A stretch of DNA of 64,000 bases, taken from contig OZ336888.1 of assembly GCA_965287045.1 (NCBI GenBank), forward strand, positions 17,670,001 to 17,734,000, in the 5' to 3' direction. This DNA comes from Carcharhinus amblyrhynchos. Lineage: Eukaryota. Within the stretch, counting starts at the first letter, position 1; each line of letters begins with the position of its first letter. The translations under genes were made by a program, and so were the position numbers. Of the stretch, positions 37,496 through 50,342 are shown piece by piece. The notes under the pieces were generated by a model that saw only the letters and a program-made list of their open reading frames with translations, searched no databases and was not told the origin of the DNA.

Positions 37496-37666
37496 CACAG
37501 ATTTCCGGATACTTGCTCGTGGCTTTGGGATAGGTTTGCCAGCTTTGCTTTCCAGGCTATCTTGCATGGTGGACGGAGCGTGGCCACCTTTCCTGGCTTG
37601 TAGGGCCAACTGATAGGCCACTTCGAAAGCTTGTCCCAGTGTTAAAATGATCTCATAGGCTAAATT
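37496..37666 (-). CDS. ANKS1B: ANKS1B coding exon, end of PTB domain ([28 protein letters not shown]...[14 protein letters not shown])
   Basis: Within ORF 37484..37726; C-rich tract plus cag acceptor, GTG|gtaaga donor; 171 nt. Confidence 0.96.
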
Positions 37667-38526
37667 CTGGAGGGGGGGGGGAGGGGAAATAAAAAAATAT
37701 GAAACAAAAAATGTTGGATTTGTCAAGAGTCATCTGAACACAGCCGAAGAAGGGTAACGTGAAAGGAATTGTGCGCATGTAACTGAAGCCTATTTTCTAA
37801 ATTCAGTGGGGTCAGGAGTAGTGAGCTCTGATTATTCTAATCCCTAAAGTAAGAACGATGAATGTCATATCTGGTTACATTATCCATTTTTGATTTTACT
37901 TGTTAAAGCTGCAACATATTAGCCTAAAAGTGGCATGTTTTATAATTAAAGTCAAGTCCAACTCATTATATAAAATATTACATTAGGCTCAGTTTATTAA
38001 TATTCCATCCTGAAATTTTTTTTCCCCTTGCACCAACTGGCATGCATCTGATTTGCTATCAGCGATATGGATATATAAATAAATAACCGTGAGGTGTTTG
38101 CTTTTGACAGGTTATTCATACCACCTCATTTTTACATTGCTCTCTGAGGCTATGCAGCATAATTGTGATTCAAAAGGTTGAATTGTGTCAGCATTTAAAA
38201 CAAACCTGACAGATTGCTAATATCTAATGCGCTTACTGCCAACAATTTTAACTGCAACACTGTGGATCTCCATGGAAACAGCAGGATCCCTTCCACTGCA
38301 GCTGTGTTGCTGATTCTGACTGGTGAGCTCTGCAGCACCGGGGTTCGTTTTGTAGTCATTTCTAGTGCATTGCCATTAGAATGTTCGGGCAAATATTCTC
38401 AGGAGTGGCAGGTAACCTGACTTGAACATCTTCTCACATTCAGTCTGAGTTCTCCCTTTGTTAAAATTCAAAGGATATTTACTCCCAATGTTTGAGTCCA
38501 TTTGATGGCACAGTTGTTATCCACGT

Positions 38527-38838
38527 GGGCGGCATGGTGGCACAGTGGTTAGCACTGCTATTTCACAGTGCCAGGGACTTGGGCTTGAGTCACCGGCTGT
38601 GCATAGTTTGCACATTCTCCCCATGTCAGCATGGGTTTCCTCTGGGTGCTCTGGTTTCCTCCCATGGTCCAAAGGTGTGAGGGTTAGGTGGATTGGCCAT
38701 GCTAAATTGCCCCTTAATGTCAGAGGGACTAGCAAGGGTAAATGCACAGGGTTGTGGGAATAGGGCCTCGGTGGAATTGAGGTCAGTGCAGATTTGATGG
38801 GCTGAATGGCCTCCTTCTGCACTGTAGGATTCTATGAT
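38527..38838 (+). mobile_element. HE1-like V-SINE
   Basis: Full head, core and tail. Confidence 0.88.
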
Positions 38839-39560
38839 CCACATGAGTTCAAGAATATTTTAGACACAAGTGGTTAAATTTTGAAGAATAGCTAAATGAG
38901 AATATCATTAAGAGATACACCGTTTCAAAATGAAGCTGCAACTGTCACTATTTTGACAGGGCAACTTGTAGTTGCTGTAAAATATTCTAATTTGCACTGT
39001 TTCAGAAGAGTAAAAACATTTTTTGGCCTCTAGAAAAATGGATATACTCTTAGTTATAACCTTAAGGTTCCAAAATGTTCACTGCAAAGTAATACACTAC
39101 TGGTCCAGATCTTCTGCTCTCTGGCTCTTTGGAGATCCAAGAGCATGTCAGCATCCCACAGACATCCCGCTCCCGGCCTTGGTGCCAATTACCTGGGAAG
39201 TTTGAACTTCGGACCGCCAACCCATTCTCCCGGGACCCTCCTTGAAAGTGCCTGATTCTAAACTGGAGTCAGGGTATCGGAAAGTTCTGGTGAATAGTTA
39301 GCCAGGAAATATCAGCCCGAAAAATCTTAATCTAACTCCTGGGTAACTAAAGAACTGATACCCTCAATCACACTGACCCTACCAACTCTCCCACTGACGC
39401 CTAACCCTCCTCAAATATCTTCAATCCTGAGCTTAGGGTGGAGATTTAGGATGGGTATAAGTGACTTACCCAGAAACATTAGCCAGCTTAAAACCTAGTC
39501 TAACAACAGGGCAACTCCACACCTGACCCCACTAATTGCTCACTCCCAATCACACAACTA

Positions 39561-39580
39561 CCCCCCCCCCCCCCCCCCCC
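39561..39580. repeat. C20 homopolymer within a C/A-rich low-complexity tract (~39360-39860)
   Basis: Directly visible. Confidence 0.9.
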
Positions 39581-40389
39581 AATGATCTGGCCTGACTACA
39601 CCCCTGTCACAACCCAGTTACCCCTCCAACCCAAATATATCCCCGATCACTGGAACACTCCCATGACTATCCCACCACCCGTTAAAACAACATGCCGACT
39701 CATTCACCCACTGGACCTGTCCAGTCCACCTGCTCAGTGACCTACCCACTCACCCACCTACCTACTTCAGCCACTCACTAACCCAATCATCTACCCAGCT
39801 ACCCAGTCACTCACCCGGCCAAACACGCACCCATTCACCAACCCACACTCATTCATTAAAAGAACGGACCTCAAATTCCCAAATACAGCAGCCCCTTCTG
39901 TAAAAAGGTGCATCCGCCTTCCCCCGGCTCTACTCCGATCTCTGTTAGCTGGAATTGAGAGGTTCCAGAATAAATGGGCCACTGCATCAGATCAGGACAA
40001 TCTTCATGAGCAGCAGCAAGGGTTGGGCCATCATTTTGCGGAAATTGGTGAGGCAGAGAAAGCTGCTGCTTTATGTTGTAGCTCTGTAACTGTTCAATGA
40101 CAGCCTCATTCAACCAATTCTGCACAAGAATTTAAAGACTCGTGTCTACAACTAACCTGGACAGCAACAGTGCCACACAATCGACTCAAACGCTGGGTGT
40201 AAATATACTTTGAATTTTAACATAGTGGAACTATATGCAAATTATGGCAAGATGTTCTAGTCAGAGCATGAGCTGCTCTTGAGAATATTTACATAAGCAT
40301 ACAAATGGTAATACAGGGTCCTGTTTCGGATGGTGTAATAGATATACACAAATACAGCAATGAGGGGAACAGAGTACAAATCAGATTTT

Positions 40390-40745
40390 TTAAATTCATT
40401 CGTGGGACCATGGGCATTGCTGGCTAGGATTTTTCTTGGACTTAGGGAGACCAAGGCAGGTTTGAAACAAGTGTGTGGCTTTCTAAGCCATTTCAGAGGG
40501 CGATCGCATTGCAGAATGGATAAGCATTGCTTGTTTCCTCCACTGAACGACATTAGTGAACCAGATGGAATTTTATGATCAAACAACAGTTTCATGATCA
40601 TTATTAATGAGGCTAACATTTTACTCCTAATTATTAATTAATTGAATTTAAATTGCCCAGCTGCGATGTTGGGATTTGAACTCATGTTACACTTCAAGAG
40701 TCAGGACCTCAGGATTAGTCCAGTAATATCACAATTACAGTACCC
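40390..40745 (-). mobile_element. SacSINE1-like SINE (old)
   Basis: Degenerate family motifs. Confidence 0.65.
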
Positions 40746-41202
40746 CTGATATCCACTTAATCTTTAAAAATATCTGGACATGCAGTACAAGTGAACATAC
40801 TGGCTTATACCTTTTCCTTTGATTCAAATTCAATCCTCAAAAAAATCTTACTTTCAAAGAACAACTTAACAAATGCAATTTAATTTTACTCTTTTTAGAA
40901 TGATGAAATGCAGATTGAGCCAACACATCAAGGGTTGGATTTGGTTGTGAGCCAATACCAAGGCACTAGTCTTTATCAATTGGGAATAGGAAGATAGCTT
41001 ATGTGTTTGTTCATTTTTGTGCACTGCTCAAATAGTCACCAAAAACTGAAACAGAAAACACAGCTAGTTGTTTGGTGCCCAGTTCCATAGTGAAGTGGAA
41101 TCCAACCAGAAAAAGGCGGGGAGGGGGAAAAGAAAAAAAAAAATCACACATCAGAATCTCTCCATCAGTTCAGAAAAAGATGAAAAATGTCAAGAGACTG
41201 AC

Positions 41203-41340
41203 CACATCAAACGCGCTGAATACATGACAGTAGTGGTAACTCGACTTTAAATCTTTGGTGATGTAAGCAAAGGTAGAAAGATCTTCGGGGTCTTGAGCAG
41301 CGCAAGAAATGTTCCTAATTTCATGCTCGGTGATGATGTT
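41203..41340 (-). CDS. ANKS1B: ANKS1B coding exon, PTB domain ([46 protein letters not shown])
   Basis: Within ORF 41170..41427; ctgcag acceptor, GTG|gtcagt donor; 138 nt. Confidence 0.96.
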
Positions 41341-42914
41341 CTGCAGGTGGTTAAAAGTATTAAAATTAGCAGGTTTCCAAATAACAGAAAAGAGACATTT
41401 GCAGGGCTGAACACAAAATATGTACAAAATTCATCGCATGTAATTAGCAAGGCTCGTGGCTACGTAGGAAGATGTGAAATTGCTTTCAGTTTTTTTTAAT
41501 CTGAGATGTTAAGAAAGTACTGTTGGTTTGCCTCTGGAAGCAAGTCAGGAATTGCTAGGAGTCACTCATTCACAGTGTGTTTAAATTACATTCAAGTCCT
41601 TCACCCTTTTATTGTTAGCAGCTTGGCCATATATGACTTGCATAAAACATCATCCGCCTGCATTAATTTCAGTGAACAGATGATAACTGCTAATTCATTG
41701 GGACTTCGATACAGCAGAGAGAAGAATATTTAGAACTCCATGCCACAAGTAGCGACAATCGCTCAGTAATGGAACTCTCTGCAAAACCAATCCTAAAATG
41801 ATTGGAATTTTTTTTAAGTTGCTGAAAATTATTCCTGCTTGATACCATATTGATACAAGATGCTGTCTGAATGGTCAATTATAAACAATCATTGATGTTA
41901 TGTTTATAACGGAATAAGGGGTACAATCGAAGGAAAGGCTTCTGACAATGTCTAGAATTAAGATGGCAAAAGTTTGGGGGTGGGCTAAGTTGAGTCAGCT
42001 GCTCTACAAGAATGGAAAATAATGTCCAAATTCAAATATTTCCAGCTGAAATATAATGTGTAAGACAGACTCCTGGCAGACTTTCAGTTATAAATAGAGG
42101 GGGAACAGATTTTCTGAAATGATAGCCTACCTGAAATGATAACTGAGAACCTCAGTTGCCACAGGTCAACTCTTTCTGGCTTTTGGATGGAACAGCTTTG
42201 TGACAATGTTTGGCTATCCTAAGCTTTAAGAGCTAGATAACGTGCAGACATTTTCAAACAACATTTTAATGTCTGTGCCATTTGGTTAGAAAGTGAAACT
42301 AGTTTTGATGAAGCTACACCAACACAAAGCTTACGCTGTGCGAGGAAATCTAATGCTGTCAGACTGAAGTCAGTGTGGTCTGCAGGCCTGGGAAAAGCTG
42401 ATAACTCCATAAGCTCATGGCAGCCTATCTTTCTCTTGCTGGATTTAATATTTTATATTTTTGTAGATAGCTTCTTTTTGAAATCCCAGCTCCAATGAAA
42501 CATACATTCTGATGAAGTCTCCCGCTCATTGTACGAACTACAATATTAAAAATTCTGGATCCATGAAATAAGGCCATTCCAGCTCCCAGGATAATGAGAC
42601 CAATTTTCTTTTTCACTCCAAACCAGTGAACATTAGATGGTAGTAGGGATAATTTAATTTCTTATTATAACTTTTACTGAATTACTGCGCTCCCAACATT
42701 GATCCCTTGTCTCTCCAAATTAAATTACAGTGTTCTATTACACAGTTACTGCACTTTATATTGCTGGTTGCATGGACATGCAGGTTTTTCCCCTAATATA
42801 TTAAAATGGTCTGAGTGCACCAATCTCTGTGACCAGGTGAGAAACACAACAGAAATTGATGGCACGTACAGAGCTCTGGATGCGTTGAGTCAAGGGAGTT
42901 TTTAAACATATATT

Positions 42915-43680
42915 TTTTCCTGGAACCAGAACACCATTGGCAAGGCAAGCATTTATTGCCCATCCCTAATTGCCCCTCAAGAAGGTGGTGATGACTCGCC
43001 TTCTTAAACTGCTGCAGTCCTCATGGTGTAGGTACACCCACAATGCAATTAGAGAGTTTCGGGATTTTGACCTAGAGACAGTGAAGGAATAATGAGATTA
43101 TTCCAAGTCAGGATAGCTGGGAGAATTTGCAGATGACAATCTTCCCATGCATCTGCTCTTCTAGGTGGTAGAAATCACAGGCATGGGAGGTGTTGTTGAA
43201 GGAGCCTTGGTGAGTTGTTACATTCCACCTTGTAGATGGTACAGAGGGCTGCTCCTATGCACCAGTGGTGGAGGGAATGAATGTTTAAGATAGTGAATGG
43301 AGGCATCAATCAAAGGAGTTGTTTTGTCATGAATGTTGCAAAGCTTCTCTAGCATTGTTGTTGTTGTTGCTGTACTCACCCTGGCGAGGGGAGATTATTC
43401 CACCACTCTCCTGACCTGGGCCTTGCAGATGTTGGATAGGCTCTGAGAAATAAGAGTTTTTCACCATAGAGTTTCCAGCCTCTGACCTGCTCTTGTAGCG
43501 ATAGTATTTATATGGCTGGTCCCGCTATGTTTTGGTAACCACTTGGGTGTTGATAGTGGGAGAATTCAATGACAGTAATTCCACTGAAAGGGGAGATAGT
43601 TAGGTGCCCTCTTGTTGGAGGTGGTCATTATCTGACACTTGCGTGGCATGAAAGTCATCTGCAGCTTATCAGCTGAATTG
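42915..43680 (-). mobile_element. Non-LTR retrotransposon (CR1/L2-clade) fragment
   Basis: Shares gcatttattgcccatccctaattgccc with the SacSINE1-like tail; ORF 43566..43793 shows F.P.KCQ.MT.SNKR, an RT-flanking motif. Confidence 0.65.
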
Positions 43681-44954
43681 CTTGTAGGTATGAATGGAAG
43701 TTTATGTAGTTTGGTGTTAAATGTGTGCACTATGGTTAATTGGAATCCATCTGAAAGTAGGCAAGTGGTAACATGGAATTCATCACAACCCAATCAACTC
43801 GTGGAAAGGGAAGTGTTGTGAAAGTATCCAATCAATGCAAAGCTATTATTCTGCGGTTTAATCATGCAACCGAGAATCAGCTGAAAACCATTTGGCAATA
43901 ACAAAATCACACCGTGTTTAACTTCACATTCTAACAGATAATGTTGTATTTGGGACATACGGGATTTTATTCCATTACTGGCAGGAAGCCTTTTGAAAAT
44001 TCAGGTGCCGCTGTGATTGGGTGAACGTATGTGATTTTTCTGCCCCCGGATATAAATTGACAACTGTTTTTATCTAAAAAGCTGGTAGAAATGGATAATT
44101 TTGACTGAAGGAGGGTTACCTAAGTGAACTGTGAATGGAGAACAGCAGACAAGAGAACAAAATGAATAGTTCTCCAAGAGAGGTACAAGATCATGAGGGA
44201 TTTTTATCACTTTTAATCCAGAGCAGCAGACATGTGTGCTTGGCCAAGAAAAGAAATTGTTGAAGGGTAAACAATATAGAATTTAAGGTTAGATTGGGTT
44301 TAAGTTATCTTCTTTTTGAGCTTGCAATGAGAATCTATAAAGGAGTTGCCCACAGAAGATTAAATGAGTTGGGTGACATGATATAGCAGATGATTACCAG
44401 TCTCTGGAAAGAACAATCTTAAGAGGCTGAATTCTTTTTATACGCTTAATATTCTTGCAAAACACATTTAAAAACCTCTCCCCCTTTCTTGTTGTTGTTG
44501 TAAAAATGTTGCCCTGTGGCACTGAATCACAATATAGTCCAGATACATTCTGAATACATATGGTCGTATATGGATGTGGACAGAAGCCTTTCCCATAATG
44601 TGCCTCAACCCTACTTGGCCACATCAATGAGTCATTTCAGTTTCTCACAGAAGCTCTTCCTGCTGTCTCTCAGTGATAATTTAGCTAGCAGACACTTTTG
44701 TATCACAGGCTAGTGTGCAGTAAAAACTGGACTGATCCCAAACTCATATGGTCTTTGAAACTTGAGAGGTGGCACAAGATTTTTAGGCGATCAGCCTCAA
44801 TTAGATATCAACTTGGTCCCAAATGTACCCAAAGTCTCTAAAAATTTATCTTATTTTCAAAATGATTAAAAATGTGGTTTATTGCAATACAAAAATCAGA
44901 TTCTCCCAAATATCAGAATTGTGGCAGTGTCCAGCTGATTTTTGGACATCTGAA

Positions 44955-45685
44955 TTAGAAAGAGTAGGCCACTCAGCCCAGAAAGCCTGCTCCATCATTC
45001 AATAATTCTGGCTGATTTCACTGTAATCTCAACTCCATATTCCCCCTTAACCTTTCACCCCCTTGCTCATCAAGAATCTATCCATCATTATCTTAAAAAT
45101 ATTCAAAGGCTCTGCTTCCATCACCTTCTCAGGAATATTCAAAGTTTAAACTTTATTTATTAGTATCACAAATATTCTTCCATTAACACTGCACTGCAGT
45201 GAAAATCTCCTGGACACCACACTCCGGCACCTGTTGAGATACACTAAGGGAGAATTTACCATGGCCAATGCACCCAAACCAGCACATCATTTGGACCGTG
45301 TGAGGAAACTGGTGCACACGGAGAGAGTGTGCAGGCTCCGCACAGACAGCGTCCCAAGCCGGGAATCAAACCTGGGTCACTGGTTCTGAGGCAACAGTGC
45401 TAACCACTGTGCTGCTGTGCCGCTGCCTCTATCACCTTCTGAGGAAGAGAGTTCCAAGGACTCACAATCGTCAGAGGAAACAATTCTCTTCATCTCTAGT
45501 CTTCAGTGGGCAACCCCTTATGTTTGAACTGTGATCCCGAGATCTAGACTCTCCGACAAGAGGAAACATCCTTTCTGCATTGACCCGGTCAAGGCCCCTC
45601 AGCATCTTATATACTTCAATCAAGTCCCCTTTTACCTTTCTAAACCTCAGCTGACATAAGCCAAGCCTGTCCACCCTTTCCTCAG
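44955..45685 (-). mobile_element. CR1/HER1-like LINE 3' fragment with a nested V-SINE
   Basis: ORF 45471..45674 RLGL..L.FR.VKGDLIEVYKMLRGLDRVNAERMFPLVGESR; tail at ~44960. Confidence 0.85.
45143..45423 (-). mobile_element. V-SINE, alternative-tail subfamily, nested in a CR1
   Basis: Flanked by a similar direct repeat, atcaccttct(c/g)aggaa. Confidence 0.8.
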
Positions 45686-45757
45686 AAGTGTGCTTTCCAG
45701 CTATTAGTCTAGTAAACCCTGGCTTAAAAAGAAAGAACAGAAAAATTTGTGCCTTGC

Positions 45758-45844
45758 CTTGTTTGCAGCATCGATGAACTTTACACCTTTGTACGAGATT
45801 GAAAGTATAATTGTAGGAATCTTCTTCATTTGTTCTGAAGCCTT
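45758..45844 (-). CDS. ANKS1B: ANKS1B coding exon, PTB domain ([29 protein letters not shown])
   Basis: Within ORF 45704..45964; tttcccag acceptor; non-canonical AAG|gcaagg donor; 87 nt. Confidence 0.92.
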
Positions 45845-46649
45845 CTGGGAAACAGGACAGTCAGTTACTTTCTCAAAAATAATGACTTTAGGAACATCAA
45901 ACACTTTCAACAGATTGGATAAGCCTGACTGAAGCTCCACGCTGAAAGCATACTTGAAACACAAGATTCTTTGAGCAAATTTGACTGTGGTTCAGGTTCT
46001 GGCTGACAGATCTCTATTTTTGTAATGCTAGTGCTAGTTATTTAATTGAGCATAGTAATGAATGCTAACTGCCAGTCAAAACACTCCCAAAGGAAATAAA
46101 GTTGAACACCAAGGGTAACGTTTTTCCAAAGGAGTAGTCAGGGTGATTTGTGTCTTGGAAGTCTCTGTAAGCAGGGGGCACTATTTCTAAGAGATGGCAG
46201 GTATGGGAGGTGGCAAATTAAGGATAGTGGGTGGGTGTACCATGTTGCTGATCCAGACGGCCAACAGCATGGCACTGCCACCAAGAAAGATGGGTCGCTG
46301 CTGAGGAAACTAGGGAAGCAGGGGGGTGCCACCAAATGCAAGTGCCCAAAAAGGGGTGAGCATGACTTCATTTTTTATAAAGCTCAACTAGGCCGGTATC
46401 AGAATAGAAGGGGAAAAATGGCCGACCAAGGAAGCAACCTCTGTACAACTGGCGACATCCCCTCTGAGCAGAGGGACTGACAAAATGGAGTATGGGAAAA
46501 TCGCCCTTAATTGGGCCTTCAAATTCAAAATGGCTGCCGATCGCCAGCCAGTAAGAGACTGTTTTTGGCTGGTCTCTTCAATTCCATGAACAATTTATTG
46601 CATTAGGATAGTAAAAGATGCTGTTTCTGTTCTGTCCCTGTGAAGAATA

Positions 46650-46985
46650 CATAGAATCATAGAAACCCTGCAGTGCAGAAAAAGGCCATTTGGCCCATTG
46701 AGTCTGCATCGACCACAATCCCACCCATTCCCTACCTCCACATCCATCCGCTAATCCCTCTAACCTACATATCTCAGGACACTAAGGGGCAATTTTAGCA
46801 TGGCCAATCAACCTAACCCGCACATCTTTGGACTGAGGGAGGAAACCAGAGCACCCGGAGGAAACCCACACAGACACAAGGAGAATGTGCAAACTCCACA
46901 GAGTCAGTGACCCAAGCTGGGAATTGAACCCAGGTCCCCGGAGCTGTGAAGCAGCAGTGCAAACCACGTGCTACCGTGTCGCCCC
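46650..46985 (-). mobile_element. HE1-like V-SINE
   Basis: Full-length in reverse complement. Confidence 0.88.
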
Positions 46986-47639
46986 AACCACGAATGATAA
47001 AAACTTAAGGCAGAACGGCTGTCCTTCTGAAATGTACTCAGAGCTCCTGTCTTACTTTGGTCTGGAGCATGAATCAATCAGTTTATATTCTGAAGGTTGT
47101 AATGGTGCTTCTGTACACTCAGACACCAAAGCCATCAGGACAGGAATTCTCCCCAAAATACAGGAAGGCTGGATGGTCATTTATAGACAAGTCTTCCAGT
47201 CACTTCAAAAACACAGTTACTCGTTCTCGTCATGATTCCCACAAAAAAAAAGTGCTCAAATGTTCTAAAATCTATTGCTATTACAATACTCATTGCAGTG
47301 ACTGAAGAATTCAATAGTTGGTCGCATCATTGAGTTGTAGTATACTGGAGCACAGGGAGTGTGTAATGGTGATTAGGGTTGCCATCTCTGGCTGGGTATA
47401 TTCCGAAAGACCCCAAGGGAAATGATGTCACAGAAAGCCAGCAGCAAGGAACGCCCAGGGATGCTCGAAAATACAACTCATTCCCATTGAACCATCTCCA
47501 TCCCTGCCTCAAGAAGTTAATGTGAGAAATGCACATTATTTTATGATAAGGCCCCTCTGTTGGTTTTGGTTGCTCTGGAGGATGCTGCAAGTAAACTCCC
47601 GCTGCCATTGGATTATTTAAAAGTCCAACTGATCATCAA

Positions 47640-47810
47640 ATCACAGAATCCTTACAATACAGAAGAGGCCATTCAGCCCATCGAACCTGCGCTGACAATA
47701 ATCCCACCCAGATCCTACCCCCATAACCCTATGTATTTACCTTATTAATCCCCCTAACACTAAGGGACAATTTAGCATGGCCAATCCATCTAACTTGTAC
47801 ATCCTTGGAG
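47640..47810 (-). mobile_element. HE1-like V-SINE, 3' half
   Basis: Tail and lower core in reverse complement. Confidence 0.75.
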
Positions 47811-48054
47811 TGTTCTGATTTAACATCTTCTGGAAGGTTTACTTTTATCACCAGGACTTAATGCCAATTCCAGGCGACCCCCAAGCTATACCGGGAGGAT
47901 TGGAGGTCCTAAATATCCACAGAGATTTTTGATCTCAGCCTCACTGAACAGGAAATACAAAGCAATAAGTTTTGGTTGAGGAGACTTGTGTCACCCAGAT
48001 CCTTATATTAACAAGCATGTTGAATAGTTATACAATATGAAGATATGAAGACTT

Positions 48055-48740
48055 TTTTTATTCATTCGTGGGACATGAGTGTCACTGGCTGGCCAGCATT
48101 TATTGCCCATCCATAGTTGCCCTTGGAGTGCAGTTAAGAGTCAACCACATTGCTGTGGCTCTGGAGTCACATGTTGGCCAGACCAGGCAAGGATGGCAGA
48201 TTTCCTTTCCTAAAGGACATTAGTGAGCTAGATGTTTTTTTTCAATAATCGACAATGGTTTCATGGTCGTCAGTAGATTGTTAATTTCAGATTTTTTTTA
48301 TTGAATTCAAATTGAATAGGGATGGTACATTGGCACAGTGGTTAGCACTGCTGCCTCACAGCGCCAGGATCCCAGGCTCAATTCCGGCCTTGGGTCACTG
48401 TCTGTGTGGAGTTTGCACATTCTTCCCATATCTGCGTGGGTTTCCTCTGGGTGCTCCGATTTCCTCCCACAGTCCAAAGATGTGTGGGTTAGGTTGACTG
48501 GCCATGATAAATTGACCCTCAGTGAGGAGGAATAGCAGGGTAGATGTGTGGGGTTACGGGAATAGGGATTGGGTGGGATTGTGGTCCGGACAGATTCGAT
48601 GGGCTAATGGCCTCCTTCTGCAAAGGCTCTATAAAATTCCACCATCTGCTGTGGCGAGTTTCGAACCTGGGTCCCCAGAACATCAGTTGAGTTTCTGGAT
48701 TAATAGTCTAGTGACAATACTACTAGGCCATCGCCTCCCC
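48055..48740 (-). mobile_element. SacSINE1-like SINE split by a nested HE1-like SINE
   Basis: ...ttgaattcaaatt [insert] aaattccaccatctg..., contiguous in the other copies. Confidence 0.82.
48318..48632 (+). mobile_element. HE1-like V-SINE nested in a SacSINE1-like element
   Basis: Full head, core and tail. Confidence 0.88.
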
Positions 48741-49097
48741 AAGACTATTACGGGGTTAACTGTGATCACACAATGGATGTAGCAAAATTAGAAACTCATT
48801 AGGCAGGATTCTCCGGTCTCATCCATGGTGAGTGAGAATGGGAAAATCTGGCATTCCAGCCAAAACTCCATTCACCCTCAGCAGCACCGGAAAATCCCAG
48901 CCACGAACGAGAATGGAAGATTTGGGCCATTGTTTTGCTCGAGTCTGATGACAAATCCCATGTGATTAGCAGATGTTCCCTCGGGGTTTAAAGACATTCT
49001 CTGCTTAACTTAACTACTAATGTGGCTGCTTGGTGAGTATCTCAATTCCTCTGACACCATGCTGTACTGAACAAAGATCTTGTAATGGAGAACGCAC

Positions 49098-49169
49098 CCG
49101 CATCTTAGAGCAGGCATCCTGTGTTGACTCTGTCCCTCGCAACTCCTTCACCAACATGGATCCTAAATA
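49098..49169 (-). CDS. ANKS1B: ANKS1B coding exon, PTB domain ([24 protein letters not shown])
   Basis: Within ORF 49017..49247; cttcag acceptor, CGG|gtgcgt donor; 72 nt; PTB YLGS motif. Confidence 0.95.
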
Positions 49170-49736
49170 CTGAAGACAAGAAAAGAAAATTACTTCTTGT
49201 CCTGACTCCTGTGAAGGAGCACTGTGAAGATGCATAATTATTTCCAAATATAATGGCCCATGTTTCTTTCAGCAATCAAAATTAATATTTTGACTATTAA
49301 ATATCTAAAATGAGTACATACCAGATGGAAAAAAAAAGCATGCTGTAGAAACTGGGCCCAAAATTGTTAAAGAAGGTAATTATGGTGAAAGAAATAAAAA
49401 AAACTGTACAAAACCTACTGGAATCAGGCAGAATATAGGAAAAAGCTAAGACAGACTGAAGTAGGTATTAGTGGCACTAAGAAAAGCAGCAGAGTTAAAC
49501 ATAGTAAAAGACATAACTAGTGATGCAATAACTGCTATATCACCGCTATTAAATGGTGAGGGTTACAAGCTCATTGTACAATTGTACTGCTGACTGTAAT
49601 TGCTACTTTGCAATGTTCCAAATGTAGTATGGACGCTATAAGACCACATTGGAGCATATGTGTGTAAAATGCAGCATAGCGTGTCAACCCCCGTTTACCC
49701 TCCTCCCTTTTCCAATTATCATATTTCTATCCTTAC

Positions 49737-49865
49737 ATATGCTTCATAGTCACAGGACTGAAAAATCAGCTTTTCTGGATGATGTTGCCAGTACTGTACA
49801 GGCGTAGACGACGTGGCTTCATTCGGAGGCCGCAGAGTAATGGAAGGCTCACTCCATTCCGCCTG
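49737..49865 (-). CDS. ANKS1B: ANKS1B coding exon, start of PTB region ([43 protein letters not shown])
   Basis: Manual translation; ccattcag acceptor (tandem CAGCAG), TAT|gtaagg donor; 129 nt. Confidence 0.95.
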
Positions 49866-50031
49866 CTGAATGGAAAAGGAAAATTAGACCAGGGAAGTAT
49901 TCAATCCCGACATGGCAGCTTCATTAACAACTCTGAGAAAGATAAAAAGTGACCTCCCAATTTATTTATTAATGACATTCATTTACACTGGCGTCCCTTC
50001 CAGTGGAGGCAAATATAAGGTAAATTTACGT

Positions 50032-50342
50032 GGGCAGTGCGGTGGCACGGTAGTTAGCATTGCTGCCTCACAGTGGTTAACACTGCTGCTTTACACTGCC
50101 AGGGACAGGTTCAATTCTGGCCTTGGATGACTGTCTGTGTCTGCGTGGGTTTCTGCTGGGTGCTCCAGTTTCCTCCCATAGTCCAAAGATGTGCAGCTTA
50201 GATAAATTACTATCAGAGGGGCTTGCAGGGTAAATACGTAGGGGTAAGGGGATAGGGCATGAGTGAGTCTGTTGTCAGTGCTGGCTTGATGGGCCAAATG
50301 GCCTTCTTCTGCACTGTAGGAATTTTATTCTTCTATGATTCT
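50032..50342 (+). mobile_element. HE1-like V-SINE
   Basis: Head (partly duplicated), core and tail. Confidence 0.85.

Noticed and set aside
46064-46075. GCTAACTGCCAG, encoding ANCQ, a peptide I recall at this junction in mammalian AIDA-1
   Set aside because: It is on the + strand, opposite to the gene, and has no splice sites; coincidence.
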